Positions 1-8,974 are shown, counted from the first letter of the stretch. The stretch is DNA of 32,000 nt from an uncultured Candidatus Saccharibacteria bacterium (GCA_964432405.1 CAYSNH010000001.1:150001-182000), one strand, 5' to 3'. Made by a program: numbers and translations. Notes: generated by a model from the sequence alone, not told the origin.

Positions 1-503
1 ACTAATTTTATAAGTGTTACTTGATAATCGATTAGCAAACCACTAATCTCTGGTCTAATCTCTGATATTTGAGCGGCACTAATAACCTTATTAACAGCCT
101 TTCTTAAAATAACAGGATTGAACTCTATAAAATTCTCGCTTTTAACTTGAGGGATAACCGGAAACTCATCTTCTTTAAGTCCTTGGATCTTAGCTTCATA
201 ATTATCTGTTTTAAAAATAAAGTTATCTCCATCCTTTTCCAAACTAACTCTTTCTTGATTAGTGTTATTAACAATATTGTTTAAAGTATTAAAAGGAATT
301 GTTAATCCACCCTCTTCAATTATTTTTCCGGAAACAGTTTTTGTAATAGCTAGTTCTAAATTAGTGGTTGAGATATTAATCTTATTACCATTAGTTTTTA
401 ATAAAACATTTCTAAGAATTGGTAGATTAGAACTTTCCCCTATAGCTCTCTCTACAGAAGATAACCCACCCTTTAAATTACTTTTCAATATAATAACCTT
501 CAT
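1..503 (-). CDS. dnaN: DNA polymerase III beta sliding clamp, N-terminal part (gene continues past the left edge)
   Basis: Not in the ORF track because it is truncated. Reverse-strand translation from the ATG at 503..501 reads MKVIILKSNLKGGLSSVERAIGESSNLPILRNVLLKTNGNKINISTTNLELAITKTVSGKIIEEGG..., a typical clamp N-terminus. It lies directly downstream of dnaA, the canonical order. Confidence 0.85.
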   Translation of the reverse strand, partial: MKVIILKSNLKGGLSSVERAIGESSNLPILRNVLLKTNGNKINISTTNLELAITKTVSGKIIEEGGLTIPFNTLNNIVNNTNQERVSLEKDGDNFIFKTDNYEAKIQGLKEDEFPVIPQVKSENFIEFNPVILRKAVNKVISAAQISEIRPEISGLLIDYQVTLIKL

Positions 504-767
504 ATTACTAATATATTTATATATTAATTATTAATAGTAGTAGTAGTTAGTAGTGTCGGACCTTTTTTGTGAATAACCTATTATAACCCTTTTATAATCG
601 AATTAAAAATATTTTTTTAAATATGATAATCTGTTCACTTCCTGTGGATTAAGTTTGGATAAGATAGGAGTAAGTGGTTGGTAACTTTAGTCTTTGTTGA
701 ATGGGGTGTTTTTTATTAACTATTTATCCATAACTAACTCACTAGTAATCCTCAGTTTATCCACAAG
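504..767. promoter_or_regulatory. Putative oriC segment in the dnaA-dnaN spacer: DnaA-box cluster plus AT-rich tract
   Basis: One perfect TTATCCACA at 757..765. One-mismatch boxes: TTATCCATA 724..732, TGTGGATTA 643..651, TTTGGATAA 654..662, TGTGAATAA 568..576. A nearly pure A/T stretch at 504..535 and 600..630 could act as an unwinding element. Confidence 0.6.
535..553. repeat. Trinucleotide microsatellite (TAG)4-T-(TAG)2
   Basis: Direct reading of tagtagtagtagttagtag within the dnaA-dnaN spacer. Confidence 0.9.
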
Positions 768-2129
768 TTATCCCTTATCAATAATATCTCTGATCATGAT
801 TATTTTTTGGTTCAACATTTGATTTTTTAAAATCTCTTTTTTGATTTTATCATAGGCATAAATAGCTGTAGTATGATCTCTTTTACCCAATTTATTAGCA
901 ATGTAAGGATAAGATAATCCTAAGATATCCCTCAAAAGATATATAGATACTTGTCGCGGTTCAACAATCTCCTTTTTTCTAGATCGGCTAATTATATCAT
1001 TGATAGAAATCTCAAAAAAGTTAGATACGACTTTCATTATTTGATCAGGATTGGTTGTTTTAGCTGGTTTTTGAACTATATTATCAATTATTTGATCAAG
1101 TGTTTTAGCGCTAACCTCCTCTTTTTTAACCTCTTTATAAAATAAAACCTTATTTAAAATACCTTCCAACTCCCTTAAATTCTTCTGAGTCTTACCAGCT
1201 ATAGCATTAACAACCTCGTCGCTTAACTCCACCCCTTTTTCTTCTAATTTATTACGTAAAACAGCTACCTTAAGCTCGAAATCAGGTGATGATATATCAA
1301 CTGTCATCCCACCTTCGAAGCGAGAGCTTAGTCTTTCCTCAAGAACAGGTATGAATTTAGGTGATCTATCAGAAGATAATATAATCTGTTTATTTTGTTC
1401 AAATAAGGCATTAAATGTGTGAAAGAACTCCTCCTCAGTCTTCTCTTTACCACCAATGAATTGAATATCATCAATAATTAAAACATCTATATTTCTATAT
1501 TTAGCCTTTATAGTATCCATTCTCTTATTTCTCATCGCCCAAATAACATCATTGGTGAATTTTTCAGAGGAAACATATTTAACTTTAATATTTCCCTTAG
1601 ACTTCTTTTTTATCTCGTTACCAGCCGCTTGAATCAGGTGGGTTTTACCAACTCCCACTCCCCCATAAATAAAAAGAGGGTTGTATTTATTACCCACTGA
1701 ATTAAGAACGGCTGTTATTGCTGCATAAGCTAGCTCATTAGTTGATCCAACAGCATAAGACTGAAGAGTGTACTGAGGATTGAGGCTGGTTTCAGGGTCT
1801 ATCTTGAATTCAGTAAAGCTTAACTGAGTTTCGTTTTCAGAAGGGGTTTTTTCTACAAGATCACTTGGTATTAAAGGTTTCTTTTGAGAGTAGATAATAA
1901 ACTCGATCTTCTTAACAGTCTCATCTAGCGATCGTAAAGAACCTAAAATAACTTTATCGTACTTTTTTTCTACCCATTCCTTAGCAAAGTTATTAGGTAG
2001 GCCTATAACTACCAAACCATCTTTCTTATCAACAACCTTACTATTCTTAAACCATGTAACGAAGTTAGGTTTTGATACTTGAAGCTCAATATCTCCCAAG
2101 GCCTTTTCCCAAAACTGATTTAGATCCAT
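768..2129 (-). CDS. dnaA: Chromosomal replication initiator DnaA
   Basis: 453 aa. Walker A GGVGVGKTHL, AAA+ box DVLIIDDIQF, and a C-terminal DNA-binding helix region (RQVSIYLLRDILGLSYPYIANKLGKRDHTTAIYAYDKI). Confidence 0.97.
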   Translation of the reverse strand: MDLNQFWEKALGDIELQVSKPNFVTWFKNSKVVDKKDGLVVIGLPNNFAKEWVEKKYDKVILGSLRSLDETVKKIEFIIYSQKKPLIPSDLVEKTPSENETQLSFTEFKIDPETSLNPQYTLQSYAVGSTNELAYAAITAVLNSVGNKYNPLFIYGGVGVGKTHLIQAAGNEIKKKSKGNIKVKYVSSEKFTNDVIWAMRNKRMDTIKAKYRNIDVLIIDDIQFIGGKEKTEEEFFHTFNALFEQNKQIILSSDRSPKFIPVLEERLSSRFEGGMTVDISSPDFELKVAVLRNKLEEKGVELSDEVVNAIAGKTQKNLRELEGILNKVLFYKEVKKEEVSAKTLDQIIDNIVQKPAKTTNPDQIMKVVSNFFEISINDIISRSRKKEIVEPRQVSIYLLRDILGLSYPYIANKLGKRDHTTAIYAYDKIKKEILKNQMLNQKIIMIRDIIDKG

Positions 2130-2135
2130 ATCCTT

Positions 2136-2163
2136 ATTTTAATCACTCTCATCAACTCGTCAA
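2136..2163 (-). promoter_or_regulatory. Candidate dnaA promoter: TTGACG-N16-TAAAAT, with the -10 ending 6 nt before the ATG
   Basis: Reverse strand reads TTGACG AGTTGATGAGAGTGAT TAAAAT AAGGAT ATG. The -35 is at 2163..2158 and the -10 at 2141..2136. Confidence 0.5.
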
Positions 2164-2196
2164 AATTTCAATGAAATAAGTCTTAGTTTAATAACA

Positions 2197-2216
2197 TGTG
2201 GATTAGTTGTGGAAAA
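2197..2216. promoter_or_regulatory. Two tandem DnaA-box-like 9-mers upstream of dnaA
   Basis: TGTGGATTA at 2197..2205 and TGTGGAAAA at 2208..2216, with 1 and 2 mismatches to TGTGGATAA. They may be an autoregulatory site or a second origin half. Confidence 0.45.
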
Positions 2217-2235
2217 CTATATTTTCTGGTATAAA
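2207..2235 (+). promoter_or_regulatory. Candidate rpmH promoter: TTGTGG-N17-(TGg)TATAAA, an extended -10 ending 8 nt before the ATG
   Basis: -35 at 2207..2212, TG at 2227..2228, -10 at 2230..2235, ATG at 2244. Confidence 0.45.
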
Positions 2236-2243
2236 TAATTATT

Positions 2244-2378
2244 ATGTCAACAACATATCAACCTAAGAAAAGAAAGAGAAAGAGAGTCCACGGATTCTTA
2301 AAAAGAAGCAGTACCCCTAGCGGTCGACGGGTTATAAAGAGCCGTCGTCAAAAGGGTAGAAAAAACATTACTGTTTAA
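2244..2378 (+). CDS. rpmH: 50S ribosomal protein L34
   Basis: Too short for the ORF track. My translation is [44 protein letters not shown] (44 aa), the typical L34 sequence. The TAA stop directly abuts the rnpA ATG. Confidence 0.93.
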   Translation: MSTTYQPKKRKRKRVHGFLKRSSTPSGRRVIKSRRQKGRKNITV

Positions 2379-2681
2379 ATGCTAGCCAAAAAAAACAGGC
2401 TTCCTATTCAATACTTAAAGAGTAAAAAACCAGAAGTTAAACGCTCCCCCTCTCTTACTCTAAAAAAATATCCTAATGATAAAAACCTTCCTCGGGTAGG
2501 GGTTATGGTTGGTAAAAAAACAGTTAAGTCAGCTGTTAAGAGAAACGAGTTAAAGAGACTGGTCTTTGATCAGGTGGGAAAAATATTATCTGAATTAAAA
2601 TCATTTGATTATTTAGTTGTGATTAGTAAGAATAATTCTAAAGAACAATTAATCGAAGAAATTAATAAATTATTTAAATAG
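2379..2681 (+). CDS. rnpA: Ribonuclease P protein component
   Basis: 100 aa, basic. An RNR-like motif (KSAVKRNELKRLV) is present. The rpmH-rnpA-yidC order is conserved. Confidence 0.85.
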   Translation: MLAKKNRLPIQYLKSKKPEVKRSPSLTLKKYPNDKNLPRVGVMVGKKTVKSAVKRNELKRLVFDQVGKILSELKSFDYLVVISKNNSKEQLIEEINKLFK

Positions 2682-3410
2682 ATGTTTAACACCTTCCTCA
2701 CACAACCTATATTCAACGCCCTTATTTTTTTATACAACAACATTGGAGATTTTGGAGTATCTATTATTTTATTAACTTTAATTATCAGAACTATTCTCGC
2801 TCCTCTTTTTTATAAGAGTTTTAAGAATCAAACTCTCTTACAAAAACTTCAACCAGAGATACAAAAAATCCAACACGATCACAAGCATGATCGTGAAGAG
2901 CAAGCTCGAAGAATGTTGGAGTTATATCGTCAACACAAGGTTAACCCTTTTGCTGGCTTCTTGTTAATACTTGTTCAACTACCTATATTAATTGCAGTCT
3001 ATAGGGTTTTTTATTTAGGAGTCACAGATGAAACATTAAAAAATCTTTATTCTTTCGTTTCCCACCCGGACGTGGTTAATAGCAGTTTTCTTGGCTTGAT
3101 TGATTTATCAAATCGGAGTATTCTTATTGTTGTTTTAGCTGCTGTCTTTCAGTATGTGCACGGTCGTCTAACTCTTCCTAAAATAAAGGAGGGTGAGCCA
3201 GAGCCACAAGCTGTTAAGGTTAGCAAGAAGATGATTTGGATTGGTCCAGTATTAGCGATCGCTATATTAATAACCATGCCTTCCGCTGTTGGAATTTATT
3301 GGTTAACAACAACCTTATTTTCTTTAGCTCAACAAATATATATTAATAAAAAGATTTATGGAGATGACGAAAGCAACAATACAACGAATCCTGGAGTTAG
3401 TGGGGTTTAA
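2682..3410 (+). CDS. yidC: Membrane protein insertase YidC (short form)
   Basis: 242 aa, polytopic. Conserved stretches include ILAPLFYKSFKNQ, LQPEIQKIQ, YRQHKVNPFAGFLLILVQLPILIAVY and GIYWLTTTLFSLAQQ. Confidence 0.9.
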   Translation: MFNTFLTQPIFNALIFLYNNIGDFGVSIILLTLIIRTILAPLFYKSFKNQTLLQKLQPEIQKIQHDHKHDREEQARRMLELYRQHKVNPFAGFLLILVQLPILIAVYRVFYLGVTDETLKNLYSFVSHPDVVNSSFLGLIDLSNRSILIVVLAAVFQYVHGRLTLPKIKEGEPEPQAVKVSKKMIWIGPVLAIAILITMPSAVGIYWLTTTLFSLAQQIYINKKIYGDDESNNTTNPGVSGV

Positions 3411-3786
3411 GGATTTTTCTATTAACTTAGATAATGAAGGAAGAAAATTAATAATCTTTATTAACGAAGGAGATTGGTTTAAAGCATGGGTTCCTAGGGT
3501 TATTAGCGATCTTAATCATATCGCTAAGGTTTTAGCTAATAAAAACAATCACAACCCTGTTTTTATTGATGTAAATAATTATCGCAAAGAACGAGAGAAT
3601 ATTATTATAGATATTGCTAAGGCTGCTGCAAGAAAAGTAGTTATTACTAAGGAAGACGTTAGATTGCCAGCTATGAACTCTTATGAAAGAAGGATTGTTC
3701 ATCTAGAACTATCTACTCGTCCAGATGTAGAAACTGAAAGCGCTGGTGAGGGAGTTAGTCGCTGTGTTATTGTGAAGCCTCTTTAA
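3358..3786 (+). CDS. jag: Jag/KhpB-type RNA-binding protein (KH + R3H)
   Basis: 142 aa. R3H signature SYERRIVHLEL. Canonical position after yidC. The start is uncertain: ATG 3358 or 3364, both inside the 3-prime end of yidC. Confidence 0.8.
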   Translation: MEMTKATIQRILELVGFKDFSINLDNEGRKLIIFINEGDWFKAWVPRVISDLNHIAKVLANKNNHNPVFIDVNNYRKERENIIIDIAKAAARKVVITKEDVRLPAMNSYERRIVHLELSTRPDVETESAGEGVSRCVIVKPL

Positions 3787-4930
3787 CAACCTCTTCATCT
3801 ACCCCCTCCTCTTCCTCCTCAGTCATTTCTTTAGTATCAGTTGCTAGCGTTAAGCTATAAAGCTTTCTATTAAATCTATTAATAAAATATAATTTATTAT
3901 CTATTATTTTTAAGTCGATAGCATCAATGTTATCAGATCCGTTATATAAGCTACTCGTTTTAATTGATTGATTATCATCATCAATAGTAAAAGATTTAAT
4001 AACATCGTTAGATATAAACTCTCTATTTAAATAGTCATCGGGTAGAGATGTGTTCGAAGGTATTTGATTTGGGATGGCGCAGTAAAAAATATTTTGATTA
4101 ATAACACATTTAGAAGCTAGGGTTTTGAAATCAAAATTAACAACAATTTTATTTATCTCTGAATTAATTAAGTTAAAAATTCCACCATCTTTCTTATTAA
4201 AGGCAGATGTTAATCTCCAATTCCCTTTTTGATTAATCATTAAACCGTTACCAGAAGCCACTTTATTAATTTTTTTAGTACTTAGGTTAATTAGCCAAGC
4301 ATTGGAAATATATTTGGTGGTAGGTCTATCTATCGCGATCACCTCACTTGGCGTCACCCAGCTTAATTCAGAGCCTGTTAAATGGATATTTAAAATAGAT
4401 CTAGAAGAGCCTTTTTTAAGATCTAGTATTTTTAAATTATTATTATTTAAATAAATAATCTCATTAGAGTTTTCCGGGTGCCAGTCGGCAGAGGTGGTAT
4501 TTTTAGGAAGAGGTGTCCAGTTATTATCATTGGTGTTGTATATAGAAAAAAATGGTTGATTAGGATAATTAAATTTAATCATTATTTTTCTACCATCCTC
4601 AGAAGATTTAACCTTATTAATCCCCTCTATTTTTTGACTAGATATTTTTTCAGAATCTGAGCCAGTATTCTTTTTTATTTCTCCTAACGCGTTAATAATA
4701 TAAATATTTTTTGTGGCCGGATTAATAGAGTAACCAAGAACATCTTCTTGTGATAAAATATTTATCTTATTTTCAGCAACCACACCAAGCTCACCATCTT
4801 TAGAGTCATCAGTTAGTAGATCCACTATTTTAAAATCTATATTACTATCTGAGTCTAAAAATAAATAAATTAAAAAACCGGTAATAATAATTATAAGAAT
4901 TATTGAGATTGTTATAATAATTTTTCGCAT
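3767..4930 (-). CDS. Membrane-anchored extracytoplasmic protein, possibly beta-propeller-like, with an acidic C-terminal tail; last gene of the T4SS-like operon
   Basis: 387 aa. N-terminal TM helix (IIITISIILIIIITGFLIYLF), then Asn/Ser-rich repetitive beta-like segments. The tail is EMTEEEEEGVDEE. I recognise no family. Confidence 0.6.
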   Translation of the reverse strand: MRKIIITISIILIIIITGFLIYLFLDSDSNIDFKIVDLLTDDSKDGELGVVAENKINILSQEDVLGYSINPATKNIYIINALGEIKKNTGSDSEKISSQKIEGINKVKSSEDGRKIMIKFNYPNQPFFSIYNTNDNNWTPLPKNTTSADWHPENSNEIIYLNNNNLKILDLKKGSSRSILNIHLTGSELSWVTPSEVIAIDRPTTKYISNAWLINLSTKKINKVASGNGLMINQKGNWRLTSAFNKKDGGIFNLINSEINKIVVNFDFKTLASKCVINQNIFYCAIPNQIPSNTSLPDDYLNREFISNDVIKSFTIDDDNQSIKTSSLYNGSDNIDAIDLKIIDNKLYFINRFNRKLYSLTLATDTKEMTEEEEEGVDEEVVKEASQ

Positions 4931-4934
4931 TTAA

Positions 4935-6212
4935 TTATGGTTTAGTAGATGGTTGTTTAACATTGGGAATTTCAACGGTAAAGGTTGATTTATCAACGCG
5001 CACATCTAATATTGATGGATTAATTATATATAAAATAGTGGTAGCTAGAGCTAAAAGAACAAGTCCAAATATAGCGCTTGTAATAATGTCTTTAGCCTCC
5101 GCTATTTTACTAGTATTACCACCTGAAACGGTCCACATCACGCCGCCGTAGGTAATCATTATAAAAGCAAGAATACCAGATATACCTAAGGCAAACTGAT
5201 AAATTAAAACTATATAACCACCAATATCTTCCACTTGCTCCTTTCCTAGTATAGGAACGCAAAGTTTATAACCAAGACCATCCGGCCCACATTCTAATTT
5301 TTTAACATTCGTAATCTCAAGGCTGCCCTTACCAGACATAAGAAAGGTTAGCTTGTCATTGTAGATTCTCATTGTAGCACTCGACCTAGTCTCTCCCCGT
5401 CGCCTTTGTTCATTAGTAACGCGCTCCGCATAAGTCCTAGCAGCCGCTCTATTAAACTCATCTCTATTAATATCTAACCAACTTGCTGTTAAAGCAGCGT
5501 GATCCTTTATAAAACCACCCTTTCCCTCCCATAGAGCTTGAAAAGTGGATCTATATGCCACATCACCTTCTTCAGAATCAAAATAAGCTAAAAGGTCACT
5601 TTTACCACCGTTAGCTCTAGCCTTAAAAATACCCGAGGGGCCATACTTACTAGCCCACCTTTGATTAAGCCTGGCCTTGTCTTCTGGGTAAAGACTCATG
5701 CTCATCAACTCAGTAAAAAATAATTTTTCATTAGTGCCATTTCCATCAGAGCCTAAAACAATTCTATCCTCAGGGTAAAGGGTTCCTTGTATAAATAATA
5801 ATTTACCTCTTAAAACATCGTGACCATTATCATTTCCTAGGCGATTTAAATCACTTGAAAAAATATTACCCGTTATTCGCTCGTACTCATCAGCTAACCT
5901 TTTTCTATACTCTCCAGACGTGCCTTTTAATAAGTTCCAAGTAGTGAGCTCGTCTACATCAAGGTATGGATCGTAAAGAGCTCTCTTCATTGTTTGAGCA
6001 TCTCTCTTAATTTTTCTAGCTAGATCCACTTCACTTAAATGATCTAATCTATCTGTTGATGTCGTTCGGTCTATATTTGTCATTGAGACATTTCTTGCCC
6101 CAGCCCTTGTTTCAGCTCCTTCTCTGGCAAGCTCTGCCTCCATAGATAATTGACTAAAGGCAATAGGAGTTGATAGAACAAATAATATTATAATAATAAA
6201 AACTTTTCTCAT
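4935..6212 (-). CDS. Secreted protein with a C-terminal VirB2/TrbC-type T4SS pilin domain fused to a roughly 300-aa N-terminal domain
   Basis: 425 aa. Signal peptide MRKVFIIIILFVLSTPIAFSQ. The C-terminus is ...CGPDGLGYKLCVPILG...IGGYIVLIYQFALGISGILAFIMITYGGVMWTVSGGNTSKIAEAKDIITSAIFGLVLLALATTILYII. This is the two-helix hairpin with a GG..T.SGGN...AK motif typical of T4SS pilins. Confidence 0.7.
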   Translation of the reverse strand: MRKVFIIIILFVLSTPIAFSQLSMEAELAREGAETRAGARNVSMTNIDRTTSTDRLDHLSEVDLARKIKRDAQTMKRALYDPYLDVDELTTWNLLKGTSGEYRKRLADEYERITGNIFSSDLNRLGNDNGHDVLRGKLLFIQGTLYPEDRIVLGSDGNGTNEKLFFTELMSMSLYPEDKARLNQRWASKYGPSGIFKARANGGKSDLLAYFDSEEGDVAYRSTFQALWEGKGGFIKDHAALTASWLDINRDEFNRAAARTYAERVTNEQRRRGETRSSATMRIYNDKLTFLMSGKGSLEITNVKKLECGPDGLGYKLCVPILGKEQVEDIGGYIVLIYQFALGISGILAFIMITYGGVMWTVSGGNTSKIAEAKDIITSAIFGLVLLALATTILYIINPSILDVRVDKSTFTVEIPNVKQPSTKP

Positions 6213-6871
6213 TTTATTGTTAGATTTATTTTTTTAATAGCCACTTCACCAATATTTTTATTATTAATTACATTTATATTTAAATTAACAGAGGTTGGGC
6301 TGTTGTTAGTTGGTATATCTAGCTCTAAAATATTAGGCCTCTTAACATCCTTACCAGAGTGCTTAATATTATTAGAAAGCCAATTAAAGTTTAAATCCGA
6401 TAGATTGCCTATATTAAAAAATAAGGGCCACGCCTTAATGATACTTATTCCAGCTGGTATCGTATGATTCATAAAATTTCTTTCAATAATAACTTTGGGA
6501 ATTACTTTAGGAATGATAAAGCTTTTTTCTAAATTACCTCCTTCAATATTTTTTATTAAAACCCTAACAAATATATTGCTACGACTCACATTAAATTTAT
6601 TAGCAGTTATTTTTTGTAGGCCAACACCTTTTTGAAATAGCTTTCCATCTATATGCCACTCTATTAATTTATTTTTAACATTTAATAATCTACCACCCTC
6701 TATTAACTCAAAGCTCATATTTAATGAGGAGCCGTCAGTTGGCATTATTTTCCCCTGGTAAAATCCTGGTACAAAACTACCCCCCTCCCAATTAAATAAA
6801 AATTCTTGTCCTTGAGCAAGAGCGGGTAGAGATAATAAACAAATAAAAATTATTAAAATTATACGATTCAT
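6209..6871 (-). CDS. Secreted hypothetical protein (T4SS-like operon)
   Basis: 220 aa. Signal peptide MNRIILIIFICLLSLPALAQG. ATGA overlaps with both neighbouring genes. Confidence 0.6.
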   Translation of the reverse strand: MNRIILIIFICLLSLPALAQGQEFLFNWEGGSFVPGFYQGKIMPTDGSSLNMSFELIEGGRLLNVKNKLIEWHIDGKLFQKGVGLQKITANKFNVSRSNIFVRVLIKNIEGGNLEKSFIIPKVIPKVIIERNFMNHTIPAGISIIKAWPLFFNIGNLSDLNFNWLSNNIKHSGKDVKRPNILELDIPTNNSPTSVNLNINVINNKNIGEVAIKKINLTIK

Positions 6872-7284
6872 ATTTTAGTAATTACTTTAGTAGTCATCCT
6901 AACCTTAGACTTCTTTTTTCTTTTAGGTCCCCTTTTAACTTTAGACCCCTTACCTGTTACCGAGCTAACTTTATGCACTGTTTCTGAGGCGATTGATTCA
7001 GGATGGTTGTGAATGTATATAGTTGAGATAAGTAAAATCGTCTTTAATGGAAGGGCGTTTAAAAAAGGAATAAACTCAATTAATACTGATGCGGCGTATA
7101 ACTCACCTCTTGCTCCTCTGAACAATAACCAAAACTGAACAGGTAGCCACACAATAATATTTATAATCCATTTCACAACTTCTCCTGGTCCAATAGCAAA
7201 AGTAACCACCATTTCTATTAACTCAGCAAGAGCAACAAATCCTACTAAGATAAAAGATTCTATTAATCCAATCTTACTACCCAT
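6868..7284 (-). CDS. Small polytopic membrane protein with a basic C-terminal tail (T4SS-like operon)
   Basis: 138 aa. About 3 hydrophobic helices, then KGSKVKRGPKRKKKSKVR. Its start overlaps the end of the VirB4 ORF by 8 nt. Confidence 0.6.
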   Translation of the reverse strand: MGSKIGLIESFILVGFVALAELIEMVVTFAIGPGEVVKWIINIIVWLPVQFWLLFRGARGELYAASVLIEFIPFLNALPLKTILLISTIYIHNHPESIASETVHKVSSVTGKGSKVKRGPKRKKKSKVRMTTKVITKI

Positions 7285-8974
7285 TTAATAAATCTTTTGG
7301 ATTAGTTGTAATAATCTGATCTTCAAGATAAGAAGCTACTATCTTAATAATGACATGATTTAGGCCTGCAAAAAATAGCCCCTCTCCCACAGGGGTGTCT
7401 AATAAGAAGTTTTTTTCACTATCCGTTAGATTAAAGGTTTTTGCCAATAAATCGATCATTGCTGGTTGTTGCTTTAATAGTATTTGTAGGGCGGAGTTGG
7501 TGATAATGGGTCTTCCATAAGGAGATCTTAAAAAGTCTTCAACGTCTTGAGTGATAGTAGTAACGCCTAAGTAGTATTTTCTCGCTCTCTTAACTAAACC
7601 AAACATGAAAGAGGCGCCATCAGGATATTTCATCATCCACCAAGCCTCATCAACTATCATTACTCGTTGTTTTAATTCACTCTTAATTAAATTCCAAATA
7701 AAGTTAACAATTATATACATTGCTATTGGTCTTAACTCCTCCTCCAGGTCTCTAATAGAAAAAACAACTAGTCGATTCCTTACATTAACGTTGGTTGGTT
7801 GGTTAACAAATCCCGCATAACTTCCCTGGGTGTATCGATATAGGCGCTGAGCCAAGGACTGACCACCAGTCAAGCTATTAAGAACAGTTTCTAAATCAGA
7901 TAATAACGGCGGTTGAGCTTTAGAAAAATCTTTTCCAGGTACTATGTCTCTCGAAGCATAAGTTTCAGCCACAGCTCTGTCTAAGAGAGCTTCTTCTTCA
8001 GGAGTTATCTCTCCTAGCATTATCTTTAATAAGCCAGTTATATTAACTATGTGAGATCGTAGGGCGTCAGCAGGATCTTCATCCTTAGGGATGATTGGTA
8101 GATCAAAAGGATTGATATGATCCTTAGAGGCTAAGGAGATGTTAAAGAAGCTGCCACCTACCGCCTCGGCTAGATTTTTATATTCATTCTCGGGATCGAT
8201 AATTAAAACATCCGTCCCAGTCATTAGTAGTCTCAATGCTTCCAGCTTTGCAGCATATGACTTACCAGCACCAGAGGTAGCAAAGATAACTTGATTAGCA
8301 TTTTCTAGAGAGAATCGATCAAAAATAACTAAGGTGTTATTACTAAGATTGATACCTTGTAGAACCCCGCTGTCCGAGGTTAGTGTGGCAGAAACAAAAG
8401 GAAAAAATGAAGATGCTGGCGAGGAGTTAAAAGGAGATGTGATCATTAGAGAGTCTGTGCCTATCGGTAAAGCTGCATCAAAAGCCTCTATTTGCTGGAA
8501 GGTTGCCGGCTTGCTATAAACCAAGCGACTTTCTAATAAGTGATTAATCTTACCCTCCAACTTTTTTAATTCATTAACACTATCAGCATAAATAGTTATA
8601 TAAACCGAGACATTAAATAAATGTTCAGTTGCTTGCTGTAGGGAGTCTCGTAGAGACTCAACATCTTGAAGAGCCGTCTCTAATTTAGGACTCCTAACCA
8701 TACCCTTTTCACTTTTCTCAATTACCTGAGATTCTATCTGAGCCGTCTTTTTTCTTAAGTTTTTTAAAGCAATAGCTGTATCTACCGGATGAACAAAGAT
8801 AGATACATCCATTAATTCAGGAGCATTAATAATTGGCGAGAACCATCCTGTGGCTAGGTAGCGAGGATAGGCTGAGATAAATATAGTCTTAGTATATTTA
8901 TTACCCAGCTTTAAATAATTAGGATTAACCTCTAAAGCAGATGGAGCTATTATATTTTTAATTTCATTATTCAT
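7277..8974 (-). CDS. virB4: VirB4/TrbE/CagE-family T4SS ATPase, central plus ATPase portion
   Basis: 565 aa. Walker A ATSGAGKSYAAK, Walker B RVMIVDEAWWMM, and the YPRYLATGWFSPII segment typical of the region preceding the NTPase domain. Confidence 0.88.
   Translation of the reverse strand: MNNEIKNIIAPSALEVNPNYLKLGNKYTKTIFISAYPRYLATGWFSPIINAPELMDVSIFVHPVDTAIALKNLRKKTAQIESQVIEKSEKGMVRSPKLETALQDVESLRDSLQQATEHLFNVSVYITIYADSVNELKKLEGKINHLLESRLVYSKPATFQQIEAFDAALPIGTDSLMITSPFNSSPASSFFPFVSATLTSDSGVLQGINLSNNTLVIFDRFSLENANQVIFATSGAGKSYAAKLEALRLLMTGTDVLIIDPENEYKNLAEAVGGSFFNISLASKDHINPFDLPIIPKDEDPADALRSHIVNITGLLKIMLGEITPEEEALLDRAVAETYASRDIVPGKDFSKAQPPLLSDLETVLNSLTGGQSLAQRLYRYTQGSYAGFVNQPTNVNVRNRLVVFSIRDLEEELRPIAMYIIVNFIWNLIKSELKQRVMIVDEAWWMMKYPDGASFMFGLVKRARKYYLGVTTITQDVEDFLRSPYGRPIITNSALQILLKQQPAMIDLLAKTFNLTDSEKNFLLDTPVGEGLFFAGLNHVIIKIVASYLEDQIITTNPKDLLNG

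Noticed and set aside
262-534. 90-aa plus-strand ORF from the track
   Set aside because: It lies antisense to a clearly recognisable dnaN reading frame and gives a hydrophobic, low-complexity translation with no start-site signals. It is an AT-rich antisense artefact.
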